Below are positions 39,209 through 53,666 of a stretch of DNA of 64,000 nt, one piece after another (the first letter of the stretch is position 1; every line of letters starts with the position of its first letter). This DNA is from Octopus vulgaris. Taxonomy: Eukaryota. The DNA is taken from assembly GCA_951406725.2 (NCBI GenBank), contig OX597817.1, positions 67,828,001-67,892,000 on the forward strand, given 5' to 3'. A program made the position numbers and the translations under genes. Under the pieces are notes generated by a model. It made no database searches and was not told the DNA's origin. It worked only from the letters and a program-made list of their open reading frames with translations.

Positions 39209-39837
39209 ATGTATGTACGTACGTATGTATGTATGTACGTACGTACGTATGTATGTATGTACGTATGTATGTATATATGTACGTACCTACCTACGTATGT
39301 TTTTATGTATGTATGTATGTATGTATGTATTTATGTCACTATTCAGTTTATTTCAAGATTTCTTTTCAATGCAGAAAGAGCTGGTTTCAACCCTAGATCC
39401 AAGGTTCCTTAATTGGAATTTCGACATCACCAACAGGTTATTTTTGTATGTATGTATGTATGTATGTATGTATGTATGTATGTATGTATGTATGTATGTA
39501 TGTATGTATGTATGTGTGTATGTATGCATGTATGTATGTATGCATGTATGTATGTATGTAAGTATCAAGGGACAGATGAATTCAATAAAGTCAACGGCCA
39601 TCAAATACTGTGTACACAAAGTCGATCCTGCTATTTTTCATGGACAACGGTAACTCCTGCAGTAATGATGGACAAACTGGTGACTTTGGTGCAGAAAATA
39701 GTGGTTGTTCAGAGGATTGACATGTTTTCAACAGCTTCAAGTCAGCAAAGAACCATGAGAATGAGAATATGGGCATGGTTGTACCACATTACTTGGAGTC
39801 AATGACCTCTAGTCCTTATTAGGACATCACTCTCGGG

Positions 39838-40164
39838 TAGTCGTTCTCAACCGAGGTCCATAACACCCCTGAGAGTCTATATCAGATTTTTGAGGTTCCA
39901 CGCAACAAAATAGTATGTAAAGGTTCCCTGAAAAACATTTTGTTTCAGATGTATGCATTGGTGTGTATTGCAAGAAACAGCTAGGTTTCTTTCTCTAATC
40001 TTTTACCTAGTTCAACCTACACAAGTTAATGTGTGATAAATAACTGGAATTTCGAAAGAAGTTTCTATAAAACTAGTTTTTAAATATTGGATCGCTATGG
40101 GGGTCCACAAGAATAAAATAGCATTCAAAGGAGTCCATAGATAAAAAATGGTTGAGAAGCCCTG
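39838..40164 (-). mobile_element. hAT/Charlie-like MITE
   Basis: TIRs TAGTCGTTCTCAACC and GGTTGAGAAGCCCTG; 8-bp TSD relic CTCTCGGG/TTCTAGGG. Confidence 0.75.
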
Positions 40165-40519
40165 TTCTAGGGGAAAAAGAACGTAAGTGTAAAACCTGCA
40201 ACTCGGTTGCAGCCAATTGATGTTCACTAGAACTAAATTTCTGGGGTGTCTGTCATTATTGTTCAATGAATGGGATTGGTCCTGTGAAATGCCTCTCCTA
40301 ACTTTAAAGAGCATGTGCACTGGTATCGCTTGACGTACCGGTAACGTCATCTTATACACGAGAACGAGGGAGTGGCCATCATGTATGTATGTATGTATGT
40401 ATGTATGTATGTATGTATGTATGTATGTATGTATGTATGTATGTATGCATGAATGTCTGTATGAATGTATGTTTGTAATGTGTCTGTATGTGTGTTTGTG
40501 CGTATCTTTGTGTGTGTGT

Positions 40520-40570
<51 letters not shown>

Positions 40571-40964
40571 TGTGTGTGTATGTGTGTGCGTGTGCCGGCC
40601 TCTACGCTTTGATTTCAAATCACGCCTTGTTCAATTTTTTTCTTTTCGCGTCCTTCAATGAAATGCTAATTTCTTTGTAATCATTCGCTTTCTTATCCCC
40701 TCTCTCCACTCTCTGTCTCTCTCTTTCTTCCCATTTCCTTCTCGTTTTCTCATTATCTATCTATCTCTCCTTCTCTCTCCTGCGTGCGCTTACGCGCTTT
40801 CTCTCTGTGGAATGAATCAGCAGTAATTAAATCTAAAGCGGGAAGAACTCTGCCAAATTTAGACACCCAAACCACGCTGCATATTATGACCAATGCTATC
40901 GTAAGGTGAACACCACGGATACAGCAGCACTGGGACTCATGTGACAAGGCTGCCAGCTGGCAGA

Positions 40965-41157
40965 ATCGTTAGCATGCCGAGCAAAATGCTTAACAGCTTT
41001 TTGTCCGTCTTTATGTTCTGCGTTCAGATTCCACCGTGGTCGACTTTGCTTTTCATCCATTCAGAGTCGATAAAAAAGTACCAGCTGAACACTGTGGCCG
41101 ATGTGATCAATTTATCTCCTCCCCTGAAATTGCCTGCTTTATGCCAAAATATGAAAC

Positions 41158-41210
<53 letters not shown>
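40965..41210 (+). mobile_element. Family B SINE with (TTA)n tail
   Basis: CAGCTGGCAGAATCGTTAGCATGCCG head, core, CCAAAATATGAAACC plus (ATT)n. Confidence 0.85.
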
Positions 41211-41211
<1 letters not shown>

Positions 41212-41400
41212 ACGCACATAGGTGTTGGGACTCCATTCTTCGGTATAACACCTTGGCTCGTGGAAGCATATATATCATGTTTTGTATAAATATACGTTAT
41301 TCTAAAAGAGTAATATACATTTTATTTTCTAATTTACGACACTTTTCTTTCTTTATGGAGAGAAATTATTCTTTTCATTCTGACAGCAATGGGTAGTGGA

Positions 41401-41460
<60 letters not shown>

Positions 41461-41462
<2 letters not shown>

Positions 41463-41835
41463 GTACAGGACGTCACCAACGGTGTAGATAACATACACAC
41501 GAGAGATAGATACAAGACGTTGACAGTAGTTACAGGGCAAAAACGAGTGAAATACGTAAACAACGAGAAAAAAATGGAGAACAAGAGAAGTTAACACAGA
41601 AAAAAGGACCCTTCATCAGTTGTCGGGTGTCTATTTGCTCTTCATTTCGAGCTTTCAAACGACAATATGAGTCTTCAAAAACAGTAGTTCCAAAAATTCG
41701 AAGACCAAAACATAACAGTGGTGACATACAAGGAAATCGAACGAAAACAGACATGGAGGGTCATTAGACCAAAACGAAAGGAAAATAGTGAACGCTGGGA
41801 AAGACTTTTTATTTTGAAAAGGGAAGACAGAAGAT
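41461..41835 (-). mobile_element. Family D repeat (copy D7)
   Basis: 3' end GTGACGTCCTGTACCC plus (TA)n; carries the best-preserved motif. Confidence 0.8.
41608..41671 (-). ncRNA. Putative non-circularly permuted hammerhead ribozyme (family D, best copy)
   Basis: CTCAT-A-TTGTCG-TTTGAAA-GCTC-GAA-ATGAA-GAGCAAATAGACACC-CGACAA-CTGATGA-A-GGGT. Stem I 6/6, stem II GGGU/GCUC, stem III UCAU/AUGA. Confidence 0.65.
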
Positions 41836-42717
41836 GTGTTTGTGTATATATATATATATATATAACAGAACAAAGTGTACGTACGCCATATAAACGTATG
41901 TGTGTTTGGCGGATAAATTGAATATATTAACACAGACCTATGGGATACTAAAAAAAAGACTAGAGTCGTTTTCCAAACGCAGGCACAGAAACAATTACCG
42001 CATAATTAGCTGTACGATACAAGATCCATGTTTGGCAAAACGGATCGGTTATTGTGACAGTTTGTCATGCCATCTAATACAATGTTTTGTATTGTTTTTC
42101 ATGATGGTGACTTACATTTTACTAAAATGAGACGACAGGGATTTTTAAAAATTAAACATATATCCGTTAAATAAAACATTTTCGTACTAATGAAGTATAC
42201 AAGAATAGGGACAATTGTTGACCTTATTAGATTATATGATTGGAAAGTAGCGGGGTGGGGGTGGGGGGTGAAGAACTGTTTATCTAATGACAGCAATTGG
42301 TTCGGTATGTAAAAACAAGATAACTGAGAGCTCATAGGTTGCGTGTCACAAAAGCGCTTCAGGCGTTCTGTTGTGTTCTTGGATCGTAATCTTTATTTTA
42401 TATTACCTCAGTTAACCAGCCGGCAGGATAAGGGATTAGATTATTTAGAAATACTACCTGCAAAATCAAACAGGTGTTTGCCCAGTGGCGTGGTATGTCT
42501 TCTGTTTTGGTATCGGCCCTTCAAATCACTTCGAGTTAAATGAAATTTTTATGAGGTCATCCCATAAGTTCTTTCCGATTTTACCTTTTATAAAATTGAA
42601 TGATTTTTTAATAGTATTTTAGAATGTCTAATGGAATTAAAAATTATTTTTATGCATTTGTGTACATTTAAACTAATTAAAGACACAAGACACGCACATA
42701 GATATATAGATATATTT

Positions 42718-42878
42718 ACACGACGGGCTTCTTTCAGTTTGCGTCTGCCATATCCACTCACAAACCTTTGGTCGGCTCTAGGCTAGAGCAGAGGACGCTT
42801 GCCCAAGGTGCCACACAATGGAAGTGAAACTGAATCCATGTGATTGCAAAGCAAACTTCTTACCACACAGCCACGCCT
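42718..42878 (-). mobile_element. Family A SINE, 5' half
   Basis: Minus strand GGCGTGGCTGTGTGGTAAGAAG...GAAAGAAGCCCGTCG. Confidence 0.85.
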
Positions 42879-42880
42879 AT

Positions 42881-42964
<84 letters not shown>

Positions 42965-43059
42965 TTAGAGACAAAACCACTATTTTGCAAAATTTTACTA
43001 TAAAATTGGATTTAATCCTAAATCTGATTTTTTTCCTGTAAATTTGGATTTATTCCCTA

Positions 43060-43064
43060 ATATT

Positions 43065-43111
<47 letters not shown>

Positions 43112-43432
43112 CGTGTGTGTAAGTACATACATTCATACACACAAACAACGCAACACACCACATTATACAAGGTTACAATACAGATATGAACTTATACAAA
43201 AATCTCTATATTGTTACACATACTCACACATACATGTGACTTTGCATCGAAATATATATCTATACATAGAAATTCTTCCAATACTCTCACATTACAATTA
43301 AATACATCTTTCGGTTGCTGCAGTTCTTTTATTTTTATACAATATTCACATTCAAAATTCTAAATATGCATATCTATTCTTCCATTTTAATATTTTTTAA
43401 TTATATATTATTGTGTTTATATATATGTACAT

Positions 43433-43526
<94 letters not shown>

Positions 43527-43579
43527 GCATACGTATATATATATATACATATATACATATATATATATAGGTATATATA

Positions 43580-43632
<53 letters not shown>

Positions 43633-43977
43633 GCATACGTATGTATATATATATATATGTGTGTGTGTGTGCGTATGTATTCCTATTTTGTGTTAATTTC
43701 CGTCTTATTATGCATTTGTTGTTGGTGACACTACCTTTTCTTTCTTTCTTCCTTTTTCTTTTGTTTTTCATAGTATTTTTCTTGTATTCACATAATTACT
43801 ACAGTGTTTAATCGGTTGGAATCTGGTAAAATATTGAATACAAGCTGTATAGCAAGAAGTGTGTTTTAAAGAAATATACCGTTTTATTTCCAAGTCTTCA
43901 GATATGATTGTCAACTTGTCAATTTTAATTTACAAGCAGAAAGACAATGTTTCATGCTGGATGGAAATAAACTCGTA

Positions 43978-44069
<92 letters not shown>

Positions 44070-44207
44070 CACGCACACACACATATCACGCACATGCGCG
44101 AGCGCAAACACTCGTAAGATATGTCTATATAATACACATATATAGACATACATATACAAATATATATGCATGTATATGTATATGTGTGTGTGTATGTGTA
44201 TATATAC

Positions 44208-44242
<35 letters not shown>

Positions 44243-44256
44243 TGTATGTATGTATG

Positions 44257-44300
<44 letters not shown>

Positions 44301-44481
44301 TGTATGTGGTGTGCATGTATGTATAACGTTCATGATATGTGTGTGTGATTTGTGTATGTGTGCATGTGTGAATATATATATTTATATATATATATATATA
44401 CATATATATACACATACACACATATATATATATATACACATCACACACACGCATATATATATTTATATACTGATTTATATA

Positions 44482-44517
<36 letters not shown>

Positions 44518-44606
44518 CATGCACACATATATATGTATGTATATGTGCATATGTATATATATATGTTTATTTATGCACATATATATACATATATATATAT
44601 GTATGC

Positions 44607-44648
<42 letters not shown>

Positions 44649-44828
44649 ATATGCATATATGAATCAGTATATAAATATATGTGTGTGTGGTGTGCATATA
44701 TATATCGAAAAAGAGACGAACAGACAAACAGTAAGAGAGAGAGATGCACACACACACACATACATATACCCGCACATACCGCACACATACATACACACCT
44801 ATATTCATTCATGTTTAAGAAAGAGACT

Positions 44829-44860
<32 letters not shown>

Positions 44861-45347
44861 GAGAGAGTGCGAGAGAGATGTATGTATGTGTATATGTACG
44901 TGCTTTTGCGTGTGTGTAAGTGGGTGAATGGTTATACCTGTATAAGTGCATGCGAGCGTAAATCGCTATACGTGTATATGTGCACGCAAATGCATTACAC
45001 ACGTATGTGTGCATGTTCGCAACATCAGATATCTGTTTAAAGGCGAACACGAAACGCGTGCATCATCATTTGCATGCACCTACATATATTTATGTAGGTG
45101 CATGCATTACAGACGCATGCATTTTACAAACATTGAATGTGCTTAATATATACACACAAATGTGTTCACTTATTTATGAGTTGGTATATATACACACCTA
45201 GAGATATAAGCGTAAATCAACTACAGAATGCATAGACATAAAGCACAATATAGATATGTATATATACGCAGCTAAGATCGTAAAGGTACACTGCACCCTT
45301 AAAGCTGACTATATATAGACATGCATTTGTAAGTAGAGCATTATAAG

Positions 45348-45401
<54 letters not shown>

Positions 45402-45856
45402 TCATATATATATATGATTATGTATATGTGTTTGTGTATATACATATATATAAACATACATTTACATACATATAAATCTATAGACACACACATAGGTAAA
45501 TAAATAAAACACACACACACTCAAATATATGCTATGTATACACCTTCGTGTGTATCTATAGATATATATGTGTTTATATATACGTAAGCACACATATATA
45601 ATTATATATATACATACACGCACGCTCACACACACACATATGTATATATAAATAATATATGTGTGTGTGTGTGTATATAGTTATATATACGAACTAAGCA
45701 TATACTTATGTGACAGGTTGATACAGTTATACACATAATGTATGTACGTATATTAACGCATTCGCAGATAGAAGCATCTATATTCTTTCCGTTCTACATT
45801 CTCAAACACCTGGGACACGTACACTCACAGGTAACACATACACGCACAGGTGTAAG

Positions 45857-45888
<32 letters not shown>

Positions 45889-46616
45889 TGTATATATGTG
45901 TGTGTGTTTGTACGTGTTTCTGTTTGTGTGTATGTTTGTGTCTGTGTGTATATATAGATATGCATATATACTTCTATTTAATATGTTTATCCTAATTTCT
46001 TTTGTGCGTGTACATAATATGTGTTTGTGTGTGTGTGTGTGTGTGTGCGTGTGTATGTATATATATACTTATATGCATATATACTTATATGCATATATAT
46101 ATGCGTATATATGTAAATATATATATATATTCAGATATACATATGCATGTATGCATATATATATGCATGTATATATATACATATATATACACACATATAT
46201 ATGCATATATATATGTGTACATGTAAATATATATATATATATATTCATATATACATATACATATATACATGTATATATGAATGTATGTACATATACAAAC
46301 ACACACATATATATATACCCCCCACACGTTTATATGGTTACATATACATATATATATATATATATACATAATATATATATATATACTTATATGCATATAT
46401 ATATGAGCGTATATATGTAAATATATATATATTCAGATATACATATGCATGTATGTATATATATATGCATATATATATACACATATATATATGTGCATAT
46501 ATATGTGTACATGTAAAAATATATAAATATATTCACATATACATATACATGTATATGTGTATGTAGATATATATATACATATATATATATATACACACAC
46601 ACACGTTTATATGATT

Positions 46617-46665
<49 letters not shown>

Positions 46666-47038
46666 CATACTTTCATATGTTCATATATATTTATACATAT
46701 GTATATATATATTAATATTTATACATATATATATATAAGATATATGTATGTATATACATACACATATACATCCGTATGTATCAATGTATATATAAACCAA
46801 TACGCATGCGTACACACAGACACACACTCAAGCACGTATTAACAAATGCAACACTTGCACCCAAAACCACAGAAATCTCAGAAAATACAGGTAATTGCCT
46901 ACCCAGCATTGAGATATAAAGCCATATCTGTAATATACTCGAAGTAAACTATATAAAGTTGCATAAAAGCCAAACAACAGCTAATGACGTCATGACTTCT
47001 GTTTTTAATCCGTTTCGGCGTAATGCAAGTAGGCTAAA

Positions 47039-47105
<67 letters not shown>

Positions 47106-47737
47106 TAAGAGTATGCACACATACAGATGCATATTTTTATATATGTATTCGTATAATGACATATATTATGCACACACATACAAACACACACAAACACACA
47201 CACACACACAAACATGCTCACACACATATATAGGCTTGTGGCTGCATGTATGCAGATATATATATATATATATTTGTGTCTATGTATGCTTATACATTTG
47301 TATATATATGTATATATATATGTGTATATGTGTGCATACACATACGCATACACACATACACATACACACATATATATATATATATCTGCAAGCATCTATG
47401 TATATGAATTTATGCGTATATGCGTATATACATACATATATATATTTATTTATACATATATTATGAATATTTGTTTACGTATATGTACGTTTGTGTCTTT
47501 GTTTGTGTGTATGTTTGGGCATGTGTGTGTGTGTATGTGTGTGTGTGTGTGTGTGTGTTGTGTGTGTGTGTAATTGAACTTTCATAATTGAACTGAACTT
47601 ACAAACAGAAGATGCGCATGTTCACTCACAAACGTACCACCTCCTACCATACTCACACACTCACCTATACGCGCACGCGCGCACATTTGTAAAATGTATA
47701 TATGCATTTATATATCTGTATACATACATACACACAC

Positions 47738-47775
<38 letters not shown>

Positions 47776-47800
47776 TTACGTTTGTGTAAGTACGTATGTG
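43060..47800. repeat. Large compound (TA)n/(CA)n/(TACA)n microsatellite field
   Basis: Near-continuous alternating purine-pyrimidine sequence; similar fields at 35.6-37.4 kb and elsewhere. Confidence 0.95.
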
Positions 47801-48117
47801 CGTTTGGGTGTTAGTGTTTATTTTGAAGTACAAAGCTTAGAAGTGCACAATAAGATTTTGTGTTAGAAGTGTGCACGCTTTGTTATATGCTTATTGTATT
47901 TGTATGAAAATCACTGAATCCACGTTGGAACCACGGTTTCGTTCATTTGATAATTTCTCTGACTGTGCACATTCATGGATTAATCAGAAATGACGTGGTC
48001 ACTTAAAAACGAAGGAGCCGTATATGTATGTATATATAACCCAAAATGTCTGCTGAACGAAAATGCGGCTCAGAAATATAATCTGTGTTTATATTACACG
48101 TAAATAAGTTATATAAA

Positions 48118-48150
<33 letters not shown>

Positions 48151-48879
48151 GTATATGTGTGTGTGTGCGCTGTTGACGTCATAAGAATTTTGAAGCTTCG
48201 ACAATCTATATGTGAAATAAATCTTATTGGGAACGGTGGATCTCGACGCAGATGAAGCTATAAATAACATGTACAATTACTGGGTTTAAAATACATTGGA
48301 TAGAAAACGTTGAAGGCTGCCTATGGGCAACTCTATCTGTTTCGAGAGTCACCATTCCAACACATATGCACACACAGACACACTCCCACATATAAAATAC
48401 ACACACATAATGGATTTTTTAAAAGGCCTACACATGTTTCGATAAATTTCGGAATGGTCTAATCCCATAGATCAATCATATTGGTTAATCTATCCATAGT
48501 CGAACGATTGAAAAATTAGAGAATAGTCCCACATCTTTTTCTTCCTCGAAGCTACAATAACTGACTGCCAAAAGAAAGGAGTTTGACCGAAATGGCCTAT
48601 TATACACATACGCGTGCGCGCGCACACTCATACACGTACGTGCACGCACACACACTCACACACAGAAATACACACACACTCACAAACACACACACAAACA
48701 AAGACACACTCACACACACACACACACACCCACACACACACACACTCGCATTATTCTTAAACGAGAATGTTGTTGACAGTGACTTCGATGTTTGGGCCAA
48801 ACAAAAAATATATATATATATATAAATACGTTTGATGTGAAATCGAATGTTGAAACATATCATATTTCGGGTTTAAACT

Positions 48880-50372
48880 TTTATTGTTTTATTTGTTTCA
48901 GTCATTTACCTGTAACCATGCTGGAGCACCACCTTTTGGTCGAAGATATCGATCCCTGGACTTATTCTTTGTAAGCTTGGTGCTTATTCTATCGATCTCC
49001 TCTGCTGAACCACCAAGTTATGAAACGTAAACACACCAACATCGGTTGTAAATCACCATCGTCATCGTCAGTCATTACCATCGTCATAAACACCACTACC
49101 ACCACCACCACCACCACCACCAAAACCACCACCACCACCACCACCACCACCACCACCATCATCATCGTCGTCATCGTTTCATTTTTATTTTAATATTAGA
49201 TTTATATGGCCGAGCAATTTTTCCAACAAATGGAATATATTATTATGAAATTCACGGTGTTTTAACCTTTTACGATATGCTTGGAATTTTCTATCCGGGT
49301 AACACCAGGTATATATTTAATAAGAGATTTTTCCCCACTGGCATGTATATTTATTTATCTATTTATTTATTTATTTTTGCTTTCTGGTGAAGCCGTTACA
49401 AAGGTATGAATATTATTAGCCAGAAACATTGGGCGAAGACCGTATTATCTTTTGACAACAATCTGGTAAAAATACTGAATAAATGAATGAATGAATGGAT
49501 AGTTCTCCGTTGTTCACCAATGAAGATTCAGTTGTCCAGTCAACCGAATTACCTGCTCCTGAATTTACATGTAAGTGGCTGAGCATTCCAAAGAAAACAT
49601 GACGTCATCATCATCATCATTATCATTATTAATTCCTAGACATTACCGCATTTCATGGCGTATAAGTGATTGTCATTACAACATTGCTCCTGGACGGGAC
49701 GCCAGTCCGTTGCAAAGTTACTCATTTGAAATTGAGTGGACTGGATAAAATAGAAACAAATTGTTTTGCTCATGAGCACAATGAACTGCCTAGTCCGGGA
49801 ATCGAAACCACAATCTTGCAATCGTGAGTGCAACACTTTAAGCACTCGACCACGCACCTTCATCCAATAACATGTGCTCTTTACATAATTCCTAGGCAGA
49901 ATCGTCTTGACACAGAGTGCGATAAGGCTGTACCATAAAATTACGAGTACAATTCAATCGACGCGCTTCTATACAGTTTCCGTTTTCAATTTCACTCGCA
50001 AGATATGGGTGAGTCCGAGGTTCGAAACCGAAGCCTCGGAATTTCGAAACGAAATTCTTAAACATTCGACTATACTGCACCTACGTTATAACAGCAGGTA
50101 AGCAATAAAAGCAAATTATATCCTATCATCTTAAAACGAAGGAAAATTGGTTAGTTTAATCCTGGAATTAGACAAAATATCGGTTTCTAATTTTGGCACT
50201 TATATATATATATACGACGATCTTCTTTCAGTTTCCGTTTACCAAATCCACTCACAAGGCTTTGGTCGGCCCAAGGCTATAGTCGAAAACCCTTGCCTAA
50301 GGTGCCATGCAGTGAGACTGAACCCGGAACCATGTCGCTGGAAAGCAAGCTTCTTGCCACACAGCCATGCCT
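48880..50372 (-). mobile_element. Family A SINE halves (3' half 48880-49050, 5' half 50215-50372), with a family C SINE relic (49500-49860) between them
   Basis: Both halves are on the minus strand and in collinear order. Confidence 0.6.
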
Positions 50373-51016
50373 GATTTTTCTGACTTAGAGTCGGCCACGT
50401 TCGTCAATACATTCTAATTTAAGCAAATATTTAATTGACTTCAATAATTAATAAAATGCAGGTCTCTATAGGAAAGACCGCCTTTGGTCACGAATGACCA
50501 TGGGATTGCACTTAGAAAGTTGCTCTCCTAGGTACAAGTCCTAGCAAGGTTGTTTACGGAAAACTAGCAGTACTGAAATGCAGGTCTCTGAACATCCGCA
50601 TAAATGATATAAATTTATTTATTACTGTATTGTACAAGGTACCTGAAAACTAGTCTGGCGCCCGAAAGAATTTGAAGTCCTTACTAGAAAATGAGTACGG
50701 ATTATAAGAGGCTACGGACCAATAGTGTCCAGAAAGTCGGAGTCGTAAATTTAGTAAGTAGAATATAATACTTGTTTAGTAACGGTTCTTTACGTTCTGA
50801 GTTTAAATTTCATCGTGGTTAACGTTACCTTTTATCCTTGTGAGTGATAATGATTGGGTCGATTTAAATATCCAACAGTACTACACCGCAGTATGGAGCA
50901 TTTATCAACTGTACTTTGTCTGGCCGTGCGCCAGTCTAAGCAATCAAAATTACACGTCTGTACGCACAAGTATACAGACATACACACATATATATGTATG
51001 TGCGCATATATATATT

Positions 51017-51047
<31 letters not shown>

Positions 51048-51276
51048 GCATATATATGTATATATATGTATATATATGCATATATATGTATATATATGTG
51101 TATGTATGTATATATGCATACATATATATATATACATACATATATATATATACATATATATATATGTACATACATTATATATATATTTATAAACAGATAT
51201 ATATACATACATACATATATATATATATATACTTACAAAGATGTTCTTTATCTATTTAGCGTACGTGCAGGCGTGG

Positions 51277-51317
<41 letters not shown>

Positions 51318-51325
51318 TACACACA

Positions 51326-52187
51326 ATGAATTGTCGTCTAAATACCACAAAAGTGAAAAATAACACTGACATCTCATTTTAACAGTTATATTTACCAAAA
51401 TTACATAAAAACATCTTGAAATACTAAATAGTAAATTTATTCAATAAAATCGCCATTGGCTTCAATTACGGCCTCCGGACGACTTCAGAATCTCCTGCAG
51501 CTCTTCTGGACGGTCTCCTTGTTTAAGTTGGCATAGTCCTTGCCTTCTGTTCATCTTTGGTATTTCAAGGAGTTTTGTTGGTCTCCCGCTCAACTCCGCT
51601 CCACACATAATAATCAAGCGGGTTGCAGTCTGGGGAGTTGGTGACCAGATGTTAGGGGTGATGCAGTCGCAGAAATTGTCTGACAGCCATGACTGGCTTC
51701 TCCTGCTTCTGTGGCATGGTGCAGAGTTCTGTTGCCAGACATAGGCTCTTCCATAAGCTACCCTCTTGACCTAGGGCAGCTTGATGTAGGCATCCAGGCA
51801 CTTAATGTAGGCCTCCGTGTTGAGTGTAAGGCTGTGTGGGAAGATGAATGGAAGTATAACGTCGTCATCACTAGTGATCACTCCCAACACCATGACGTTG
51901 ATTGGATGTTTGATTTTTATCACTCTCGGTACATGTCCTCAGATTGCACTGTCCTCAAATTGACACCCAAGCACTCTGAAATGTTCGTATTTGAGCTTCC
52001 GGCGCGAATGCTAAGCAGTACAGCATGTCGTTTCCAAATTTCTGGGAGAGTGAATTGCATCATGGTGCTGTTTTTCTTTCAAACGGTGCCCAATTGATAC
52101 TACTGTACTGTGCAGTCGACAACATTTAAAGCAAACAATGCACATGCATGAAATAAAAATATAACATGGCGACAATTTACCCATCGC

Positions 52188-52193
<6 letters not shown>
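51326..52193 (-). mobile_element. Internally deleted Tc1/mariner DD37D (maT) transposon
   Basis: One TIR GGCGACAATTTACCCATCGCACCCT-TA and a partial opposite TIR AATTGTCG. Peptide LNTEAYIKCL...WQQNSAPCHRSRRSQSWL...IWSP.SPDCNPLDYYVW (37-residue spacing allowing one frameshift). Confidence 0.85.
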
Positions 52194-52230
<37 letters not shown>

Positions 52231-53198
52231 GTGTGTGTGTATGTGTGTGTATGTGTATATACATATATATGCATGTATGTTAATGTATGTATATATATAT
52301 GTATTATGTATGTGTATATATATATATATATATGTATTATGTATGTGTGTGTATATATATATATGTATTATATATTTGCGCATTTTCAAGTATGTTTTGT
52401 AGAATCTTCATCAGTCGAGGGATCCTGTTCACTTTCCCGCCTTCTCTGACGAAGCTTTGGCTCATTACACACTTTGGTTCTTCATACAGCGAGTGTTTAT
52501 ATTTTCAGATTTCCGTGACGATAAGAAATATATTATTTCACTTGGGGGGAGTGGTAATGACGCAATTGGAAGATCTTACAACAGCAGGTTTGAAAGGAGG
52601 AATAGGAGGAGAGAATTACTTCGTGTGGAGTACCAGTCTGCTGGAAGAGTACAGGTGGGATAAAAAAATGGTGATAGGAAAATAATAACAAAATAGATAA
52701 ATAAATAAACAAGAAATGAAAGATGCTAACTGACAAAAATAAAGGAAGAGTAACGAAAGAACGTGAAAGGGAAAAAGATGTAGGAAAGAGAGACAGAAAC
52801 AAGTAAAGCACGAAGGACAGAAAAAAGAAAGGAAGAGAAGAAAAAAGAAAGAAAAAAGAAAAACAGGAACATGGCAAGGCTACAGGGAAGAAATAAAAAG
52901 AAAGAAAGATGAATAGAAAGAAAGAAACAAAGAGAGAAAAAAAACAAAGAAATAATGCAAAAAAAAAAAAAATGAAAGCGAACAGAAAAATGCAGAGATG
53001 GAAGGATTGAAAAAGAAAGACATATGTAAATATCTAAAATAGCTAAAGTGACTGTGTGGTAAGTAACTTGCTTACCAACCACATGGTTCCGGGTTCAGTC
53101 CCACTGCGTGGCACCTTGGGCAAGCATCTTTTACTATAAACTCGAGCCGACCAAAGCCTTGTGAGTGGATTTGGTAGACGGAAACTGAAAGAAGCCTG

Positions 53199-53245
<47 letters not shown>

Positions 53246-53582
53246 AAAAGAATATTTAAAAAATTTTTGGGACAAATAAGTATTCCAGGTTATCAGGAAA
53301 TTTACTATTTTACACTTTACTAATGCAAAGTAAACAGTGTCATTTATAATATTATTACAAATTTGGGATTTTACCAATAGAACCTCAACTCCTATTCCAG
53401 TACAACTTTATTTTCTGGAATACACATAGAAAGTTATATCCAATATAATGATAAAATAATATAAGCATTTTAAAACCTACTATAAGGTACAATAAAATTA
53501 ACTTTAAAAATTATTTTAAAATATTTGAAAACTATACATCTTACTTGTTATTAGTCTGTGGGGAAAGAAGATATTTTTAATC

Positions 53583-53666
53583 AAAGCTACACGTGTTTCT
53601 ACGCTGGTGATATGTTTAACCAGGCTATACCTAATACATAAATCCACCAGTGCGTCTTCAGGCTAT
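53583..53666 (-). ncRNA. Type I hammerhead ribozyme motif with extended stem II in the PLE pLTR
   Basis: ATAGC-CTGAAGA-C-GCACTGGTGG...TCACCAGCGT-A-GAA-ACACGTGT-A-GCT. Palindromic stem III, GUA site. Confidence 0.7.

Noticed and set aside
35531-47573. Dozens of 60-230 aa ORFs rich in YI, CV, HT and MYVC
   Set aside because: Translations of TA/CA/TACA microsatellites with no coding signal.
49200-49320. Possible second Helitron 3' hairpin CCGGGTAACACCAGG
   Set aside because: Hairpin imperfect, no CTRR end and no 5' TC boundary identified.
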